The notes under the pieces: generated by a model
What the model saw: the letters and a program-made list of their open reading frames with translations, nothing else
The model's database searches: none
What the model was told of the DNA's origin: nothing
Made by a program: the position numbers and the translations under genes
Shown here: in pieces, positions 9,074-18,584 of the stretch
Position numbering within the stretch: the stretch's first letter is position 1
Layout of the letters: each line of letters begins with the position of its first letter
NCBI GenBank assembly: GCA_965223415.1
Contig: OZ245002.1
Location: 4,544,001 to 4,608,000, forward strand
DNA length: 64,000 nt
Source of the DNA: Myxococcota bacterium
GTDB taxonomy: Bacteria; Myxococcota_A; UBA9160; UBA6930
Direction: 5' to 3'

Positions 9074-11232
9074 GCCGGGGGGCGCGGGCGCCAGGGCTCG
9101 AGGGTGGCGGGAGCCTGGCCGTTGCGCTGGAGGTGCTCGCCGAGCTCGCGCTCGAGTCGGGCGCTGCGGCCGAGCAGGGCACCCAGGGTGTGGATACGGC
9201 GGGTGTAGCGGTGGTGGTCGTGGTCGTCGGTGAAGGCGATGGCACCCAGGCACTGGAGGGTGCGCTGGGCGATGCGCGCACCGGAGCGGCCGGCGTGGGC
9301 CTTGGCGGCGGCGCCCAGGGCCGGGGCGCCGTCGTGGCTCCACTGCTCGAGGGCGGCGTCGCAGAGAGAGGAGAGGGCCGCCAGGTCCACCTGGCACTCG
9401 GCCAGGAGGTGCTGGATGGCCTGGAGGTCGGAGAGGGGAGCGCCGAACTGCTGCCGCTCCCCGGTGTGGCGGACGGCGCCGTCGGTCAGGGCCGTGGCGG
9501 CGCCCAGGATCTCGAGGGCTGCGGCGATGCGGGCCAGGGTGAGGGCCCGCTCGTGACCTTCGGACGAGACGGGCAGGGCGCGCAGGGCTTCTGGCGCGAC
9601 GACGCCCCGGCGGACGAGCGCCGGGTCGAGGGCGCCCGGCGGCGTTTCGCGGATCGCCCGGGCTTCCGCGACGGATACGGCGCTCCCGCCTCCGGCGATC
9701 GCCACCCAGCCCGTGCCCGCGTCCCAGCCGATGAGCGAGAGCGTCACGCCCGCCGAGCCGGTGGGTCGCCGCTCGGCCCAAGCGACCTGGTCCGGCGCGA
9801 CGTCCAGCGCCTCGGCGACCGCGGCGGACGCCACGCCGGCCAGCGCCGGGTCGGTGCCGAGGCGCACTCCCTGCTCCTGGAACCAGGCGGCGAATGCCGC
9901 GCGGCCCACCGGGTCGCCAGGCGTCGCGGCCAGGGGCCACCAGTCGAGGCCCCGCAGGGCGTCGCGGCCCGAGGCGCCCTGCGCTGCCGCCTCCGCGACG
10001 CTGGAGCGGACGGCACGCTCCTCCTCCGAGAGGCGCGTCCGTTCCACGACCGCCTCGCCGGCTCGCACCATCCGCCCGCCCAGCACGTTCAGCTGGATCT
10101 GCCGCGCACCGCCGTAGATCGACGAGGCTCGGGAGTAGAGGTAGCCCTCCTGCCACTCCCAGGCGTCGTCGGCGTCACCCAGGGAAAGGTCGGTGCCCAG
10201 CACCTCGTGGGCCGCGTCGTAGAGCGCCTGCTCGGCGTCCATGATCAGCACCTTCGACACGGAGGACTCGGGCCCCGGCTGCCCGTCCTGCGCGAGGATC
10301 TCGAGCACCTCCCGCGCGCGGCAGCGCACCGCGACGAGCGAGACGAGACAGGCGCCGAGCTCCCGGGTGAAGCTCTCCGCATCCCGGTGGGCCGACAGCC
10401 GGGCGAGCACCGGCAGCAGGTGCGCCTGCCGCATCCAGGCGTAGCTCCCGCGCTCGCCGGCCAGGATGTGCATCGCTACCGCCCAGCCGCCGTTCAGCTC
10501 GCCCACCCGATGGTCCTCGGGCACGTGCACGTCGTCGAAGAACACCTCGGCCAGCTCGTCGGTGCCGCTGGCCTGGCGGATCGGTGAGACCTGGACGCCC
10601 GGTGTGTCCAGGGGAACGACGAAGGCGCTGAGCCCGCGGTGCCGGTCCTCCGGGGCTCCCGTGCGGGCGAGCAGCAGCACGTGGCTCGCCCAGGCCGCCC
10701 AGCTCGTCCAGATCTTGTGGCCGTCGATGCGGTAGCCGCCGTCGCCGGGTCGGGCCCGGGTGCGCAGGGCGGCCAGGTCCGAGCCGGCGCCGGGCTCCGA
10801 GAAGCCCTGGCACCAGAGCACGTCGCCGCGCAGGGTCGGCAGGAAGAGGCGCTCGACCAGGGCCGGCGCGCCGTGGGCGGCGAGGGCCGGCGGCAGGATC
10901 TCCAGGTGCTCGAGCAGGAAGCGGCCGGGGTAGCCGGCGCGGGAGAGCCGGTCGAGGACGACCGCCCGGTGGAGCACGCTGCCGCCGAGCCCGCCCAGCT
11001 CCCGGGGCCAGCCCACCCGGGCCCAGCCCGCGTCGAAGAGCTCCCGCTGCAGCGCGCACACCCGCTCGCGGCGCTCGTCGAAGCTGCGGCCCAGCTTCCG
11101 CAAGGGGAGGTGCGCCTCGCGCCGCTCTGCCAGCCACGCGTCGAAGGCCCGGGCCAGCGCCTCCAACCCCGGCTCGGGCCCGAGCGCTCCCACGGCGGAG
11201 GTCTGCGGCGGAGCGGTCGACATCGGCGTCAT
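9067..11232 (-). CDS. two-module (fused) acyl-CoA dehydrogenase
   Basis: N-half WCQGFSEPGAGSDLA, GHKIWTS, EVFFDDV, SIYGG; C-half RQQFGAPLSDLQAIQH, QCLGAIAFT. Confidence 0.85.
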   Translation of the reverse strand: MTPMSTAPPQTSAVGALGPEPGLEALARAFDAWLAERREAHLPLRKLGRSFDERRERVCALQRELFDAGWARVGWPRELGGLGGSVLHRAVVLDRLSRAGYPGRFLLEHLEILPPALAAHGAPALVERLFLPTLRGDVLWCQGFSEPGAGSDLAALRTRARPGDGGYRIDGHKIWTSWAAWASHVLLLARTGAPEDRHRGLSAFVVPLDTPGVQVSPIRQASGTDELAEVFFDDVHVPEDHRVGELNGGWAVAMHILAGERGSYAWMRQAHLLPVLARLSAHRDAESFTRELGACLVSLVAVRCRAREVLEILAQDGQPGPESSVSKVLIMDAEQALYDAAHEVLGTDLSLGDADDAWEWQEGYLYSRASSIYGGARQIQLNVLGGRMVRAGEAVVERTRLSEEERAVRSSVAEAAAQGASGRDALRGLDWWPLAATPGDPVGRAAFAAWFQEQGVRLGTDPALAGVASAAVAEALDVAPDQVAWAERRPTGSAGVTLSLIGWDAGTGWVAIAGGGSAVSVAEARAIRETPPGALDPALVRRGVVAPEALRALPVSSEGHERALTLARIAAALEILGAATALTDGAVRHTGERQQFGAPLSDLQAIQHLLAECQVDLAALSSLCDAALEQWSHDGAPALGAAAKAHAGRSGARIAQRTLQCLGAIAFTDDHDHHRYTRRIHTLGALLGRSARLERELGEHLQRNGQAPATLEPWRPRPPAQ

Positions 11233-11275
11233 GCTGGCGTAGGTGTCGGGGCCGTCAATGGGCGAGGAGGCCGGC

Positions 11276-12421
11276 ATGGAGTTCGAGTGGAGCCCGGAAG
11301 ACGTCGCCTATCGCGACGAGCTGCGCGCCTTCATCGACGCCGAGCTGCCCGAGGACTGGGAGGAGATCTCGAAGGGCGGCCCCGGCAGCGACGAGCAGGC
11401 CGCCTTCTCCCGCCGCTTCTGCGCGAAGCTCGCCCGGAAGGGCTGGCTCACCCAGCACTGGCCCGTCGAGTTCGGTGGCCGGGGCGCGAGCCCCTGGCGC
11501 CACGCCATCGTCGGCGAGGAGATGTGGAGCCGCGGCGAGCCCCGGGGCCAGCAGTACATGGCCGTCAACTGGGTCGGGCCGACGATCCTCCGCTACGGCA
11601 GCGATGCCCAGAAGGAGCACCACCTGCCGCGCATCAGCCGCGGCGACGGCATGTGGTGTCAGGGCTTCTCGGAGCCCGAGGCCGGCTCGGACCTGGCAGC
11701 CCTGCGCACCCAGGCGATCCGCGACGGCGACGACTACGTGGTGAACGGCTCCAAGATCTGGACCTCCTACGTGGCCCACGCCGAAACGTGCTTCCTCGTC
11801 GTCCGCACCGATCCCGCCTCGAGCGGGCGGCGCGGCATCTCGGTGCTGCTGTGCCCCGTCGATCTCCCCGGCATCGAGCTGCGCGAGATCCCCGCGGTGA
11901 TCGGCGACCGCTACTTCCACGAGGTGTTCTTCCGGAACGTGCGCGTGCCCGTGGCCGATCGCCTCGGTCCCGAGCACGCGGGGTGGGAGGTCGTGACCTA
12001 CGCCCTCTCCTACGAGCGCGTCGGCGCAGCGCGCTATGCCCGGGCGGCCCTCGCCCTCGACCAGCTGGCCGAGGAGGCGAAGCGGCGCGGCCGGCTCCGC
12101 GACCCGGCGCTCCAGGAGCGTTTCGGGCGCGCCCTCGCCGCGGTGGAGGCGGCGAAGCTCCTCACCTACAAGGTGATCGACGTGCGCGCCCACGGCCGGC
12201 CGCCCACCGCCGACACCAACCTCGCGCGGGTCGCCCAGACCGACGCGGAGCGCGCCGTCGCGAACCTGGCGATGGAGGTGTACGGCAACGACGCCCTGGC
12301 CTACGGCGCCTGGGCGGAGGTGTACTTCCGCATGGTGATGTGGTCCGGCGTCGCCGTCGGCACCACCGAGGTCAACCTCAACCTGGTCGCGAGCCGCATG
12401 CTCGGGCTCCCGCGGGAGTAG
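11276..12421 (+). CDS. acyl-CoA dehydrogenase (alpha-type subunit)
   Basis: WCQGFSEPEAGSDLA, VNGSKIWTS, EVFF.NVRVP, LSYER, GTTEV, LGLPRE. Confidence 0.92.
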   Translation: MEFEWSPEDVAYRDELRAFIDAELPEDWEEISKGGPGSDEQAAFSRRFCAKLARKGWLTQHWPVEFGGRGASPWRHAIVGEEMWSRGEPRGQQYMAVNWVGPTILRYGSDAQKEHHLPRISRGDGMWCQGFSEPEAGSDLAALRTQAIRDGDDYVVNGSKIWTSYVAHAETCFLVVRTDPASSGRRGISVLLCPVDLPGIELREIPAVIGDRYFHEVFFRNVRVPVADRLGPEHAGWEVVTYALSYERVGAARYARAALALDQLAEEAKRRGRLRDPALQERFGRALAAVEAAKLLTYKVIDVRAHGRPPTADTNLARVAQTDAERAVANLAMEVYGNDALAYGAWAEVYFRMVMWSGVAVGTTEVNLNLVASRMLGLPRE

Positions 12422-12427
12422 TCGACC

Positions 12428-13354
12428 TTGGACTTCGAGCTCAGCGACGACCAGCGCGAGATCCAGAGCGCCGTCGAGCGACTGCTCGCGCAGGGGGCCG
12501 GTCCGGCCCGCGCGATCGCCCTCGACCGGGAGGACGGCTACGACCACGCCCTCGAGCAGGCCCTCGACGAGGCCGGCTTCCTGGACGTGGCGTCGGGGGA
12601 GGGCACGGGCTTCCTCGAGGCCGCGCTCGTCGTCGAGGCCGTGGCGCGAGCGGGCGGCGTGGCGTCGATCGGCGCCGCGGCGATCGTGGCGCCGGGTGTG
12701 CTCGGCGCCCGGGCCGAGGGCCCGGTGGCCCTGGCGCGCGCCGGCGACGCCGCCGTGATCCCGATCGCCGCCCACGCCCAGACCCTGCTGGTCGACGCGG
12801 GGGAGGAGGCGCGGCAGCTCCGGCTCGCGCCCGGCGACGCGGTGCCCGTGCGCTCCAACTACATGATCCCGGTGGCCCGGCCGAAGGTCGACCTGGGTGG
12901 CGGGGACGGCCTCGGCGCGGGCTCCGGCGAGCGACTGCGCCGCTTCTGGCGGCTGGCCCTGGCCACCGAGGCCGTCGGCCTGATGGGCGGCGCCCTCGAC
13001 GTGACCGTCGAATACGTGAAGCAGCGCCGCCAGTTCAAGCGGCCGATCGGCTCGTTCCAGGCGATCCAGCACCGCCTGGCGATCTGCCGGGCGTCCATGG
13101 AGGGGGCTCGCTGGCTCGCCTACGAGGCCGCGGCAGCGGGGGCGCCGGCCGAGCGGGCAGCCCTGGCGGCGAGCCAGGCGGTCGCGGCGGCCCAGCAGGT
13201 GTTCATCGAGACCCACCAGATGACCGGCGCCATGGGCTTCACCCGCGAGCACGACCTGCACGTCTGGAGCATGCGCCTGCAGCCCCTGGTCCTCGCCTGC
13301 GGCGGGGCCGCCGCCCACCTGCGGGCGGCGGTGGAAGCCCGCTGGGGAGCGTGA
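12428..13354 (+). CDS. short acyl-CoA dehydrogenase (beta-type subunit)
   Basis: MDFELSDDQ, YVKQRRQFKRPIGSFQAIQHRLA, QMTGAMGFTREHDLH; reduced middle domain. Confidence 0.88.
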   Translation: MDFELSDDQREIQSAVERLLAQGAGPARAIALDREDGYDHALEQALDEAGFLDVASGEGTGFLEAALVVEAVARAGGVASIGAAAIVAPGVLGARAEGPVALARAGDAAVIPIAAHAQTLLVDAGEEARQLRLAPGDAVPVRSNYMIPVARPKVDLGGGDGLGAGSGERLRRFWRLALATEAVGLMGGALDVTVEYVKQRRQFKRPIGSFQAIQHRLAICRASMEGARWLAYEAAAAGAPAERAALAASQAVAAAQQVFIETHQMTGAMGFTREHDLHVWSMRLQPLVLACGGAAAHLRAAVEARWGA

Positions 13355-14481
13355 CCCGGGACCGCGCCGACGTGGCGGTGATCGGCGCCGGCATCGTCGG
13401 CCTGGCCACGGCGGCGGAGCTGGCAGCCCGCGGCCGCTCGGTCGTGGTGCTCGAACGGCATGCGCGTGCCGGTCAGGAGATCTCGTCGCGCAACAGTCAG
13501 GTGATCCATGCGGGGCTGTACGACCCGCCGGGATCGCTGAAGGCACGGAGCTGCGTGGAGGGGCGTGCGCTCCTCTACGAACGCTGCGTCCGCCAGGGTA
13601 TTGCGCACCGCAAGCTCGGGAAGCTGGTGGTCGCGACCCGCGAGGAGGAGTGCGCCGACCTCGAAGCGCTGCTCGAGCGCGCGCGGGAGAACGGCGCCGG
13701 GGACGTGGCCCTCCTCGAGGCCGCCGAGGTGCGGCGGCGCGAGCCGCGCGTGCGTGCGCTGGCGGCCATCGAGTCGCCAGAGTCCGGCATCGTCGACGCT
13801 CACGCCCTGGTGGCGAGCTACCACGCCGAGCTCGAGGCGCGCGGCGGCAGCATCGCTCTGCGCACGGAGGCCGTCGAGCTGACGCCGCGCGCCCACGGCT
13901 GGAGGGTCGGGACCCGGGGGGCCGACGGCCGCGTCTACGTCCTCGACGCCGGCTGCGTGGTGAACGCCGCCGGGCTCGCCGGCGATCGCGTGGCGGAGCT
14001 CGCCGGCCTCGATGTGGACGCCCTCGGCTGGCGCCTGCATCCTTGCAAGGGCGACTACTTCGCGGTGGCCCCGGGTCTCGGGGCGCTCACGCGAGGGTTG
14101 GTCTACCCGGTTCCCGCTGGCGCTGGGCTCGGTATCCACGTCACCGTGGACCTCGGCGGTCGCTACCGGCTCGGACCCGACGCCACCTACGTCGAGACGC
14201 CGGACCTGCAGGTCGACTCGGAGAAGGCGTCCGCGTTCGCCGAACTGGCCTGTCGCTTCCTCCCCGAGCTTCGCGCCGAGCATCTGCACGCGGAGATGGC
14301 CGGCATCCGCCCCAAGCTGCAGGGCCCCGGCGATCCGTTCCGCGACTTCGTCGTCGAAGAGGCGCGAGAGACGCCCGGCATGCTGCATCTGATCGGCATC
14401 GAGTCTCCCGGGCTGACGGCGGCCGGGGCCCTGGCGCGACGCGTGCTGGCGTGGTCGGCGGGGCATCGGGCGTCGTCCTGA
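13351..14481 (+). CDS. FAD-dependent oxidoreductase, L-2-hydroxyglutarate oxidase family
   Basis: VIGAGIVG, SSRNSQVIHAG, VNAAGL, KGDYF, GLGIH, GPDA, GIRPKL, GIESPGLT; GTGA overlap with upstream gene. Confidence 0.88.
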   Translation: MTRDRADVAVIGAGIVGLATAAELAARGRSVVVLERHARAGQEISSRNSQVIHAGLYDPPGSLKARSCVEGRALLYERCVRQGIAHRKLGKLVVATREEECADLEALLERARENGAGDVALLEAAEVRRREPRVRALAAIESPESGIVDAHALVASYHAELEARGGSIALRTEAVELTPRAHGWRVGTRGADGRVYVLDAGCVVNAAGLAGDRVAELAGLDVDALGWRLHPCKGDYFAVAPGLGALTRGLVYPVPAGAGLGIHVTVDLGGRYRLGPDATYVETPDLQVDSEKASAFAELACRFLPELRAEHLHAEMAGIRPKLQGPGDPFRDFVVEEARETPGMLHLIGIESPGLTAAGALARRVLAWSAGHRASS

Positions 14482-14616
14482 GGCGACCGGGCCCCATCCG
14501 CTGACTGTGATAGGCGCCCACAATAGGGTGATAGGTACCGGGCGCTGGCGGTTTCGCCGATCGCGAGGCCACGGATCGAGGATGGGAGGCCCGCGGTACG
14601 CGCCTAGGGTGTGCGC

Positions 14617-15816
14617 ATGTCAGCTCGCCCGCGCATCGCGGTCCTGCTCAACACCCTCCGGGTCGGGGGTGTCGAGTGTTCGTGGCTGCGGCTCGCTCGG
14701 CTCCTGGCGCACGACGGCTACGAGGTCGATCTCGTGCTCGGCCGCGCCGAAGGTCCGCTGCGGGACGCCCTCCCGGCCGGGCCTCGAGGCGTGTTCCTCG
14801 CCCCGGGATTCCGGCTCGCCGGGCGCTGGCACGCCTGGCGCGCGCATCCCGGCGGCGCCGCGTCCCTCGCGCGCACGGTCGTCCTGTGTCGCCGGCCGTC
14901 CCGCGCACTTCGCTGGCTCGGCGCGCTCTCGCTCTACCTGGCCCAAGAGCGTCCGGCGGTCCTGATCGCGGCCAAGTCCTACCCGAACCTGGTGGCGCTC
15001 TGGGCTCGGGAGCGCGCCGGCGTCGCGACCCGCGTGGTGTGCACCGAGCATACGCTCCTCTCCCACAGCCTCGGGCGCTCCCGCAAGCCGAAACGTCGCG
15101 GCCTCCCGAGGCTCATTCGCGAGGGCTACCCCCACGCCGACGCGGTCGTGACGCCTTCGGCCGCGATCGCTGCCGACCTGGTGCGCGCGACCGGCCTGTC
15201 GCATCCGGCGATGCGCACGGTGCCGAATCCCCTGGTCGACGCGGCCATGGCCCAGCGGGCCGGCGCCTCGCCGGGTCACCCCTGGTACGCCGACGGCGAG
15301 CCGCCCGTGCTCCTCTCCGTGGGACGACTCTCCCCGGAGAAGGATCTCGCGACCACGGTCCGGGCGTTCGCGATGCTCCGCCGCAAGCGGCCCCTGCGGC
15401 TGCTCCTGCTCGGCGAGGGCAAGGATCGGGACCGGCTCGCCCGCCTGGCCGCGAGCCTCGGCGTGGCAGCGGACGTTGGCTTCCATCCATTCGTGGCGAA
15501 TCCGCTTCCCCACATGGCCCGCGCGGCCCTGCTGGTCTCGAGCTCCCGCTACGAGGGCTTCGGCAACGTGCTCGTCGAGGCGATGGCCTGCGGGACGCCG
15601 GTCGTGGCGACGGACTGTGGCGGGCCCGGAGAGATCCTGGCCGGCGGCCGCTACGGGCGGCTCGTCCCGGTCGGCCATGCCTTCGCTCTGGCCGAGGCGA
15701 TCGACGACACGCTGGCCGCGCCCCCGGAGCCGGAGGGCCTGCGCGCTCGCGCGACCCTCTGGTCCGAGGCGCGGGCGCTGGCGTCCTGGCGCGACCTCCT
15801 GGAGCCCTGGCTCTAG
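14617..15816 (+). CDS. GT4 glycosyltransferase
   Basis: GGVE, VGRLSPEKD, SSRYEGFGNVLVEAMACGTPVV. Confidence 0.92.
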   Translation: MSARPRIAVLLNTLRVGGVECSWLRLARLLAHDGYEVDLVLGRAEGPLRDALPAGPRGVFLAPGFRLAGRWHAWRAHPGGAASLARTVVLCRRPSRALRWLGALSLYLAQERPAVLIAAKSYPNLVALWARERAGVATRVVCTEHTLLSHSLGRSRKPKRRGLPRLIREGYPHADAVVTPSAAIAADLVRATGLSHPAMRTVPNPLVDAAMAQRAGASPGHPWYADGEPPVLLSVGRLSPEKDLATTVRAFAMLRRKRPLRLLLLGEGKDRDRLARLAASLGVAADVGFHPFVANPLPHMARAALLVSSSRYEGFGNVLVEAMACGTPVVATDCGGPGEILAGGRYGRLVPVGHAFALAEAIDDTLAAPPEPEGLRARATLWSEARALASWRDLLEPWL

Positions 15817-16940
15817 TGTCCGGGTCCGAGGGCGAGGGCGCGACTCAGCGCCTCGCGCATTTCCCGGTGGAAGCGCGGTACCGAGAAGCGCTCGGCGTGG
15901 GCGCGGATCGCCTTCGTCTCGAGCTCGTCCCGGTGCGCACCGAAGCGGCGGACCGCCTCGGTGAGCGCCGCCGGGGTCTGGGTGGCGAAGTGCACGCCGG
16001 TCGGCGCGCGCCCGGCCGGGTCGTCCACGGGTACGACGGTCTCGCTGGCGCCGCCCGCCCCGAAGGCGATCACCGGTGCGCCGGTGGCCTGGGCCTCGAC
16101 GGGGATGATCCCGAAGTCCTCCTCCTGCGGGTACACCAACGCGCGACAGCGTTGGTAGAGGCCGGAGAGCTCCTCATCGGAGACGCGACCCAGGAACTCC
16201 ACGTTGGCCGGGGCGTTGGCCTCGATCGCCACCCGGGAAGGCCCGTCCCCCGCGACCCGCAGCGGAAGCCCGAGCTCCCGGAAGGCGTCGATCGCTAGGT
16301 CCTCGCGCTTGTAGGGCACGAAGCCGCCGACCATCAGGAAGAAGTCCTCGCGCGGATCGTCCGGGGGCTGGAAGCGATCGACGTCGACGGGCGGGAAGAT
16401 CACCTCCGACCCGCGGCCGTAGTGGCGCCGGATGCGATCCCGCACGGTCTCCGAGATCGCGATGAAGCGGTGCACCCGATCCGGCGTGCTGGTGCGCACG
16501 TCCCAGCGCCGGAGGGCGCGGACCAGCGGCTGCGCCAGGGTGCGGAAGGCGCCGGCGCCGAGGTAGGCGTCGGCCTGGTCCCAGACGTAGCGCATGGGCG
16601 TGAAGCAGTAGGAGACGTGGACGGCGCCGGGAGGGGGCAGGATGCCCTTGGCCACCGCGTGGCTGCTCGAGAGCACGAGCTCCGTGCCTTCCGGGACCTG
16701 CAGGCGGCCCACGGCCCAGGGGAAGAGCGGCAGCCACTTGCGGTAGTGCCGCGCCGCGCCGGGCCATCGCGAGAGCGGGCTCGCCGTGATCCGCAGGGCC
16801 TCGATCTCCGGCGTGGTCGCGCCGGGCACGTGGACCAGCGTGAAGAGCTCCGCCTCCGGGAACAGGCGCGCATGCTCGTGCAGGACCTTCTCGCCGCCCC
16901 GCAGCCCGGTCAGCCAGTCGTGCACCAGTGCGACGCGCAT
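15813..16940 (-). CDS. GT4 glycosyltransferase
   Basis: MRVALVHDWLTGLRGGEKVL, YCFTPMRYVWD, EEDFGIIPVEAQATG. Confidence 0.92.
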   Translation of the reverse strand: MRVALVHDWLTGLRGGEKVLHEHARLFPEAELFTLVHVPGATTPEIEALRITASPLSRWPGAARHYRKWLPLFPWAVGRLQVPEGTELVLSSSHAVAKGILPPPGAVHVSYCFTPMRYVWDQADAYLGAGAFRTLAQPLVRALRRWDVRTSTPDRVHRFIAISETVRDRIRRHYGRGSEVIFPPVDVDRFQPPDDPREDFFLMVGGFVPYKREDLAIDAFRELGLPLRVAGDGPSRVAIEANAPANVEFLGRVSDEELSGLYQRCRALVYPQEEDFGIIPVEAQATGAPVIAFGAGGASETVVPVDDPAGRAPTGVHFATQTPAALTEAVRRFGAHRDELETKAIRAHAERFSVPRFHREMREALSRALALGPGH

Positions 16941-16998
16941 CGGGGCCGGAGGCTAGCGATGTTGCGTCCCCTGCGGGAAGTCGCGACCGTCCCGCCGG

Positions 16999-17823
16999 AT
17001 GATCTCCAACTGGTCGAACCTGGTCGCCCGCCGCGATCTGCTGCGGGAGCTCACCCTCGCCGAGCTGCGCAGCCAGAGCCAGGAGACCCGGCTCGGCTGG
17101 CTGTGGTGGCTGGTCGACCCGCTGATCATGATGCTGATCTACTGGGCGGTCGTGGTCGGCATCTTCGGCCGCGGTGAGCAGTACACCCCGTATCCGGTCT
17201 TCATCCTCTGCGCGATGCTGCCCTGGAAGCACTTCACCAGTGCGGTGAACGCCTCGGCGAAAGTGCTGCGGGCGCGGGATGCGCTCATCAAGTCCATCGC
17301 GTTTCCCACCATCGTCCTGCCCCTCACCATCGTGCTGGCCGGCTTCTCGAACTTCCTGTTCGGCCAGATCGTGCTCTTCGGCGCCGCCGCGGCCTTCGAT
17401 CGCCCCCTCGGCGGGGCGCTGGTCCAGCTTCCCGCGCTGATGCTGCTCCAGCTGGTGATCGTGTCGGGCCTCTGCCTCGGCGTCGCCTGCTTCGGCGCGT
17501 TGGTGCGCGATCTCTCGGGCTTCCTCGGCCATCTGACGCGCATCGGCTTCTACGTCTCGCCATGTCTGTACGGCGTGGACATGGTGCAGGAGCGCTTCCT
17601 TTCGGGCCCCCTGGGCGAGCTGCCCTTCGCCGAGTGGGTACCGACCCTCTACATGCTGAACCCCTTCGCGATCCTCTTCACCGGCTACCGGGACGCGCTC
17701 TTCTACGGGCGCATGATGGAGCCGGGCCTGTGGGGGTTGCTCACGCTGGAGGCGGGGATCCTGCTGCTGGGGGGCTGGAAGCTCTACCAGTATTTCGATC
17801 GCCGGGTGATCAAGTTCCTGTGA
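16999..17823 (+). CDS. wzm: ABC-2 polysaccharide exporter permease (Wzm/TagG-like)
   Basis: LGWLWWLVDPL, LIKSIAFP, RDL, FYVSP.LY, LNPF; multiple TM helices. Confidence 0.88.
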   Translation: MISNWSNLVARRDLLRELTLAELRSQSQETRLGWLWWLVDPLIMMLIYWAVVVGIFGRGEQYTPYPVFILCAMLPWKHFTSAVNASAKVLRARDALIKSIAFPTIVLPLTIVLAGFSNFLFGQIVLFGAAAAFDRPLGGALVQLPALMLLQLVIVSGLCLGVACFGALVRDLSGFLGHLTRIGFYVSPCLYGVDMVQERFLSGPLGELPFAEWVPTLYMLNPFAILFTGYRDALFYGRMMEPGLWGLLTLEAGILLLGGWKLYQYFDRRVIKFL

Positions 17824-18584
17824 GCTCCGATCTCGTCATCGACGTCCGCGACCTGGGCATCTTCTACCGCCTCCAGCAGCGGCGCCGCGTCGGGATCAAG
17901 CGTGTGCTCTCCGGCGGCGGCTTCGGGCGCGACGCGCCGCTCCTGTGGGCGCTGCGCGGCGTGAGCTTCCAATGCCACGAAGGAGCGATCCTCGGCATCA
18001 CCGGCTCGAACGGCGCCGGCAAGAGCACGCTCTGCCTGGCCCTCTCGAAGATCCTGACGCCGGACGAGGGCTCGGTGAAGGTTCGCGGCGAGGTCTCGAC
18101 GCTCCTCTCCCTGGGCGCCGGCTTCAACCGCGACCTCTCCGGCCGCGAGAACATCTATCTCAACGCGGCCTTCCTCGGGCTGCCGCGGCGCGAGATCGAG
18201 GCCAAGATGGACGAGATCATCGAGTTCTCGGAGCTCGGCGAGTTCATCGACCAGCCGATCCGCTTCTACTCCTCGGGCATGAAGTCCCGGCTCGGCTTCT
18301 CGGTGGCCGCCGCCCTCGATCCGGAGATCCTGATCCTGGACGAGGTGCTCTCGGTGGGCGATCGCGCCTTCCAGCGCAAGAGCCGCGAGCGTCTCCAGGG
18401 CATGATGGACCGCAGCCGGGTGATCGTGCTGGTGTCGCATCAGGTGCGCTTCCTGCGCGAGCTCTGCACCCACTGCCTGTGGCTCGAGCAGGGCAGGGTG
18501 CGGGGCTTCGGCGAGGCGAAGGGCGTGCTCGACCAGTACGTCGCGGCCAGCGGCGGCGCCGAGGAAGAGGACGTCGAGGCGTGA
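17820..18584 (+). CDS. wzt: ABC polysaccharide exporter ATPase (Wzt/TagH-like), no C-terminal carbohydrate-binding domain
   Basis: WALRGVSF, GSNGAGKST, YSSGMKSRL, LILDEVLSVGD, VSH; GTG start overlapping wzm stop. Confidence 0.92.
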   Translation: MSSDLVIDVRDLGIFYRLQQRRRVGIKRVLSGGGFGRDAPLLWALRGVSFQCHEGAILGITGSNGAGKSTLCLALSKILTPDEGSVKVRGEVSTLLSLGAGFNRDLSGRENIYLNAAFLGLPRREIEAKMDEIIEFSELGEFIDQPIRFYSSGMKSRLGFSVAAALDPEILILDEVLSVGDRAFQRKSRERLQGMMDRSRVIVLVSHQVRFLRELCTHCLWLEQGRVRGFGEAKGVLDQYVAASGGAEEEDVEA

